A stretch of DNA of 64,000 bases, taken from assembly GCA_039799965.1 (NCBI GenBank), contig JBDLRS010000015.1, positions 7,497 through 71,496 on the forward strand. Reading direction: 5' to 3'. Positions 59,384 to 64,000 of this stretch are shown one piece after another. Both the position numbers and the translations under genes were made by a program. The stretch's first letter is position 1, and every line of letters starts with the position of its first letter. Under the pieces are notes generated by a model. It made no database searches, was not told where the DNA came from, and worked only from the letters and a program-made list of their open reading frames with translations. The DNA is from Pseudomonadota bacterium. Lineage in GTDB: Bacteria; Bdellovibrionota_C; UBA2361; OMII01.

Positions 59384-60784
59384 ATGTACGCCGTCTTCTA
59401 CGACCTCGAAACCACGACCAAAAACACCGTCGGTCAGATCCTCAACTACTCATGTATCCTCGTTGATGATGAGTTAAAGCCAATTAGGGAGCTTTCAGGA
59501 CTCGTTAAGCTCAATCGGCTTCAACTACCCGAGCCTGGCGCGATCCTCGCGAACAGAACCGATGTTCTTGAACACCAAAGGCGCGCGACCGATACCGAAC
59601 CTCAAGCGATGAAAAAGATTGAGCACTTCCTCTCTTCGTGCATCAAGACCGCGCAGGGCGCGATAGCGTTCGTGGGATATAACTCCTCACGATTCGACCT
59701 GAACTACCTTCGCACGAGCTTCATTCGAAATGGGTTTAATCCCTACTTCAAAGGGCTTCTCTCTTCGCGAGATCTCCTTCACGCGGTGCACAAAGCGTAT
59801 CTCACGAACTCTGAGTTTCGTGAGAAGGTGCGCGCGCAGTGCACGGGCGAGAAGCGGCTCTCGCTCTCGATGCAGACCGTCACCCACGCCCTCGGACTCC
59901 TCGAAGGGGTGCAGGCGCACGAATCGCGGGAGGATGTGCTGCTCACAATCAAGCTCGCCGCGTGGCTAAAGGACCGCTGTAACGTTGATGTGCGTACCTA
60001 CGAGGCCTACGAGGGCGTGTCGCTCCACTCAACCGTTCGGAGCGGCTCGGTGTATGAGATAGAGGAGCCGAATTACGATCTTCTTGAGGGAGTTTATAAT
60101 CGCAAGGTCCCGATGTGCCTTTTAGATGAAAACAAGCGGGCCTCTCTGTGGGTTAATCTGGAGCGATACGCTGAGGATCCCTCGCCGAAATCTATCTCGT
60201 GGCGGCAGCCTATGAAGCACTCCTTCTTCACGACAGGAAGGGCCGTAACAACACCGGAGGTGCAGCAGCTCGCTCGAAAGGCGTTGGCCCAATTCAAGAA
60301 GATTACCCTCTCAAACTACTTTGAAAAGAGTGAGGCTGACATCGAGCAGGATATCTACCGCCTCGATTTCGACGCCCAGGATGTCTACTACCGAGCGCTT
60401 CGAGAGGGCAAGAAAGAGATCCTCGCGGGTACCACCAATCCGGACGCTAAGAAATTATGGGTGCGATACCAGCTCGCGAACGCGAATCTTAGCCCCTCAG
60501 ACACCCGGTCGGCGGATCTTCTGCGGCAGTACGCGACCTATCGTTACGGTGGGAAGCTTCAGCTCGTGAAGTCGATTCGAAATCCTACCGACCCTGATAA
60601 TTTCCACCCCAAGCTCTCCGATATGATGGCAGAGCTTGTCCGCTCAAAGGAGAGCGCGGTGCAGGAGGGAAACGAGGCTGATATCAAGTTACTGCAGTCG
60701 TTGGAGCGCTTCTATCGGGAATCTGAGATCGTCCGTGTGGCAGGAGATGAGTTGGTGCCGGGGTGGGCGAAGGTTGCGGTGTAG
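59384..60784 (+). CDS. sbcB: Exodeoxyribonuclease I (SbcB)-like DnaQ-fold 3'-5' exonuclease.
   Basis: The Exo I motif FYDLETTT and the Exo II region GYNSSRFDLNYLR parallel E. coli ExoI HDYETFG / GYNNVRFDDE. The start is at ATG 59384. The track ORF extends upstream to 59132 and overlaps sucA. Confidence 0.65.
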   Translation: MYAVFYDLETTTKNTVGQILNYSCILVDDELKPIRELSGLVKLNRLQLPEPGAILANRTDVLEHQRRATDTEPQAMKKIEHFLSSCIKTAQGAIAFVGYNSSRFDLNYLRTSFIRNGFNPYFKGLLSSRDLLHAVHKAYLTNSEFREKVRAQCTGEKRLSLSMQTVTHALGLLEGVQAHESREDVLLTIKLAAWLKDRCNVDVRTYEAYEGVSLHSTVRSGSVYEIEEPNYDLLEGVYNRKVPMCLLDENKRASLWVNLERYAEDPSPKSISWRQPMKHSFFTTGRAVTTPEVQQLARKALAQFKKITLSNYFEKSEADIEQDIYRLDFDAQDVYYRALREGKKEILAGTTNPDAKKLWVRYQLANANLSPSDTRSADLLRQYATYRYGGKLQLVKSIRNPTDPDNFHPKLSDMMAELVRSKESAVQEGNEADIKLLQSLERFYRESEIVRVAGDELVPGWAKVAV

Positions 60785-60925
60785 GGTGCGACATGGTGCC
60801 TGGGAGGGCTCAAAGAGGTGCCAAAAACCCTCCCCATTTCAATTTCTTATGCTTGAGGCTTGCCTCCGGAGGGGGTAGGATTGGAGGCCGATTAACACTG
60901 TCTTTTTCTCTCTTTTTGGGGCGAC

Positions 60926-63900
60926 GTGTCGCAGTTCGTTCACCTCCATCTTCACACCCAATACAGCCTCCTCGATGGGGCTAATAAGCTCAAGGAGGTT
61001 ATCGCGCACGCCGCCCAGCTCGGTCAGCCAGCTATCGCGATGACCGACCACGGCAATATGCACGGTGCGGTCGAGTTCTTCTACGAGGCCAAGAAGTGTG
61101 GCATTAAACCGATCATCGGATGCGAGCTCTACGTGACCCCCGGCTCTCGGCATGAGCGAAAGATGCGCGCGCAGGGTGGCGCTGGAACGTGTCACTTAAC
61201 GGTGCTCGCAGCTAACAAGACCGGCTACCACAACCTCTGCAAGCTCTCGAGCTTAGCGTACAAGGAAGGCTTCTACTTCAAGCCCCGTGTGGATCATGAA
61301 CTCCTTGAGCGGTACTCAGAGGGGTTGATCGTCCTGAGCGGATGTCTCGCTGGTGAAGTGGCCCAGGCCACCATGGGGGATGACTACAAAGGGGCGAAGG
61401 ATCTCGTTGAGTTCTACGCTAAGACCTTCAAGGACCGATACTACCTCGAGCTTCAGCCACATCCGATCGATGATCAGCGAAAGCACAACAACGCTATCAT
61501 GGACCTCGCCCAAAGTATGGGAGTGCCGCTCGTGGCTACAACAGATTGTCACTACCTCAACAAGGACGACCACTTCGCGCAAGAAGTGCTTATGTGTATC
61601 TCCACTGGGAAAACCACCCTCGACCCTGACCGTCTCCGCCACGAGGGCATAACCCTTCACTTGAAAACCGAGATGGAGATGCTCGCAGAGTTCGATAACA
61701 ACGATCGGTGCGCCGAGGGTATTCGCAATTCAGCGTTGCTCGCGTCACAATGCGATCTCTCGCTTGAGTCAAAGACCTACTATATGCCGAAGTATGAGTG
61801 CGCCGACGAGCGGCCACTCATCGATATCATGGCCGAGATGGCTCGAGAGGGATTAACGAGCCGAGAGGAGGCGCTCGCGGCGCTTCCAGGGTGGGGCCCG
61901 GCGATGAAGCAGCAGTACCTCGATCGATTAGAGGAGGAGATCTCGCTGATCGGTAAGATGGGATTCGCTGGGTACTTCCTCGTGGTGGCGGACTTCATCG
62001 TATGGGCGAAAGATCACGGCATCCCTGTGGGGCCGGGCCGAGGTTCGGTAGCGGGCTCGCTCGTCGCGTACGCCATGCGGATCACTGAGGTTGATCCGAT
62101 CTCGAACAAATTGTTCTTTGAGCGATTCCTCAATCCAGAGCGTATCAGTATGCCTGATATCGACGTGGACTTCTGTATTCACGGGCGTGAGCACGTCATC
62201 AAGTATGTGATCGAGAAGTACGGTAAGGAGAAGGTTTCGCAGATCGCGACCTTCGGAACGCTCAAAGCGAAGGCGGCTATTAAGGATGTTGGTCGCGCGT
62301 TGGGCATGAGCTACGCTGAAACCGATCGTATCGCGCAGCTCGTTCCAGCTCCCCGACAGGGATTCGATTATCCGATCTCTGAAGCGCTTAAGATGGAGCC
62401 GAGGCTCGCCGAGTACGCGGCAGGAGAGGGGCGCGAGCTGATTGAGCTGGCGCAGAAGCTTGAGGGGCTTACCCGGCACACCTCAACGCATGCTGCCGGA
62501 GTGGTAATCGGAGACCGTCCGCTCGACGAACTCCTCCCCATGATGGTCGATAAGGACGGCAACGACGTTACGCAGTACTCGATGACCTACGTTGAGAAGG
62601 TCGGACTTGTGAAGTTCGACTTCCTCGGTCTTAAGACCCTCACGGTGCTTCACACCGCGTGTCAGATCATCAAGGAGAGCCGCGGCGTTATAATCGACCT
62701 AAACACGCTCCCGCTCAACGATCCGAAAACCTACACACTTCTGTGCGGTGGAAACACTACCGGTGTGTTCCAGCTTGAGTCGAGCGGCATTACCGAGATG
62801 GTGGTGCGGCTTAAGCCGAGCTGCTTCGATGATATCGTGGCTATCTTGGCGCTCTACCGACCCGGTCCACTCGACGCGGGGATGGTGGATCACTACATCG
62901 AGCGAAAGCACGGACGGGAGCCGATCTCGTACCTCCATCCGCTGATGAAGGATATCCTTATGGATACCTACGGTGTAATCCTCTACCAAGAGCAGATCAT
63001 GCAGCTCGCGCGGGCACTCTCCGGATACAGCCTCGGCGAGGCGGATCTGCTCCGTAAGGCGATGGGTAAGAAGAACCCAGAGGAGATGGCGAAGCAGAAG
63101 ACTCGCTTCGTTACTGGCGCTGTCGAGAAGGGGATTTCGCCTAAATTGGCGGATGAGATCTTCCAGCAGATGGAGACCTTCGCGCGTTACGGCTTTAACC
63201 GAAGTCACACCGCCGCGTACGCGCTCGTTTCGTTCCAGACCGCGTACTTGAAGGCGCACTACGGTGTGGAATTCATGGCGGCGCTCATGACGCACGACAT
63301 GGAGGATACCGACAAGACCTTCAAGAACTTCAATGAGTGCAGAAAGCAGGGGATCGCGGTGTTGCCCCCGAATATCAACGAGAGCTTGGCGAGCTTCACT
63401 GTACGACAAGGAAAGATCCTTTTCGGACTTGAGGCGGTCAAGGGAACTGGTCAAAAAGCGGTAGAGGCGATTCTTCGCGCCAAACAGGATGGTCCATTCA
63501 AAGATTTAGAAGATCTCATCTCGCGTGTTGACCTCAATAGCGTCAACAAGCGTGTATTCGAGAACATGATTAAGAGCGGGGGCTTCGACTTCTCGAAGGT
63601 GAGTCGCCGTGAGATGAGTGAACGCCTTGAGGATCTCCTCAAGGTGTACGCCTCGCGCAAGGATGTTGATCCGAACCAGATGAGCCTCTTCGGTCCCGCC
63701 ACTCCTAAGCCCGTCGTGGGGCGTCGTGCGATATCGGTACCCGAGTGGCCCATCAACCAGAAGCTCTCCTTTGAGCGTGAGGCGCTTGGTTTCTATATCT
63801 CAGGGCACCCGCTTGAGAAGTTCAAGTGGGATCTCAAACGTCTGGGCGCGCTCTCAACCGCTGATGTGAAGGCCAAGAAGGCGAAAGAGGTGCGGGTCGG

Positions 63901-64000
63901 TGGTGTTATTACCGCACTTAAGCTCAAGAACACGAAGAAGGGAGACCGCTACGCGAGCTTCGCCCTTGAGGATTGGCTTGGAACGATTGACTCCCTGGTA
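60926..64000 (+). CDS. dnaE: DNA polymerase III alpha subunit (5' partial; it continues past the window end).
   Basis: The PHP domain begins VSQFVHLHLHTQYSLLDGA, followed by polymerase core motifs. No stop codon before the window ends. GTG start. Confidence 0.9.
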   Translation, partial: MSQFVHLHLHTQYSLLDGANKLKEVIAHAAQLGQPAIAMTDHGNMHGAVEFFYEAKKCGIKPIIGCELYVTPGSRHERKMRAQGGAGTCHLTVLAANKTGYHNLCKLSSLAYKEGFYFKPRVDHELLERYSEGLIVLSGCLAGEVAQATMGDDYKGAKDLVEFYAKTFKDRYYLELQPHPIDDQRKHNNAIMDLAQSMGVPLVATTDCHYLNKDDHFAQEVLMCISTGKTTLDPDRLRHEGITLHLKTEMEMLAEFDNNDRCAEGIRNSALLASQCDLSLESKTYYMPKYECADERPLIDIMAEMAREGLTSREEALAALPGWGPAMKQQYLDRLEEEISLIGKMGFAGYFLVVADFIVWAKDHGIPVGPGRGSVAGSLVAYAMRITEVDPISNKLFFERFLNPERISMPDIDVDFCIHGREHVIKYVIEKYGKEKVSQIATFGTLKAKAAIKDVGRALGMSYAETDRIAQLVPAPRQGFDYPISEALKMEPRLAEYAAGEGRELIELAQKLEGLTRHTSTHAAGVVIGDRPLDELLPMMVDKDGNDVTQYSMTYVEKVGLVKFDFLGLKTLTVLHTACQIIKESRGVIIDLNTLPLNDPKTYTLLCGGNTTGVFQLESSGITEMVVRLKPSCFDDIVAILALYRPGPLDAGMVDHYIERKHGREPISYLHPLMKDILMDTYGVILYQEQIMQLARALSGYSLGEADLLRKAMGKKNPEEMAKQKTRFVTGAVEKGISPKLADEIFQQMETFARYGFNRSHTAAYALVSFQTAYLKAHYGVEFMAALMTHDMEDTDKTFKNFNECRKQGIAVLPPNINESLASFTVRQGKILFGLEAVKGTGQKAVEAILRAKQDGPFKDLEDLISRVDLNSVNKRVFENMIKSGGFDFSKVSRREMSERLEDLLKVYASRKDVDPNQMSLFGPATPKPVVGRRAISVPEWPINQKLSFEREALGFYISGHPLEKFKWDLKRLGALSTADVKAKKAKEVRVGGVITALKLKNTKKGDRYASFALEDWLGTIDSLV

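Noticed and set aside
62699-63454. 251-aa minus-strand ORF inside dnaE.
   Set aside because: Antisense to the DNA polymerase III alpha coding region.

Overview
This is a 64 kb chromosomal window at about 58-60% GC. The LPS inner-core heptose and Kdo-kinase genes point to a Gram-negative bacterium. It is dominated by conserved housekeeping operons, almost all on the + strand:
- rpsB-tsf-pyrH-frr-uppS-cdsA-dxr-rseP
- tsaB and rho
- an NtrC-family sigma54 activator
- pyrR-pyrB-pyrC-carA-carB
- rpoZ and a RelA/SpoT homologue
- htrA-mutL-miaA, accA, infA, coaD and ndk
- rlmN, followed by two GT9 heptosyltransferases flanking a Kdo-kinase-like gene, then hldA-like kinase, yicC and gmk
- a DUF255 thioredoxin-domain gene, thyA and folA
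- sucA, an ExoI-like nuclease, and the 5' part of dnaE

I found no rRNA, no tRNA and no CRISPR array. The non-housekeeping content sits in short accessory pockets:
(i) A family of about 150-210 bp MITE-like intergenic repeats with terminal inverted repeats. Two copies bracket a gene for a Thx-like small ribosomal protein.
(ii) A second short conserved palindromic repeat present twice.
(iii) A roughly 1.1 kb low-GC islet with a split ORF pair, next to a SAM hydroxide adenosyltransferase (DUF62)-like gene.
(iv) A minus-strand cluster of an Rrf2 regulator, a membrane protein, a small protein and a large lipoprotein. It sits divergent from a degenerate PP2C-like gene.
(v) An orphan flagellin-superfamily-like protein.

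I cannot identify a known defence or mobile system by sequence alone. The best leads for something undescribed are the repeat families and the hypothetical lipoprotein and membrane clusters. Several annotated ORF starts are probably too far upstream: the track counts GTG and TTG as M, and internal ATGs with ribosome-binding sites are more plausible.
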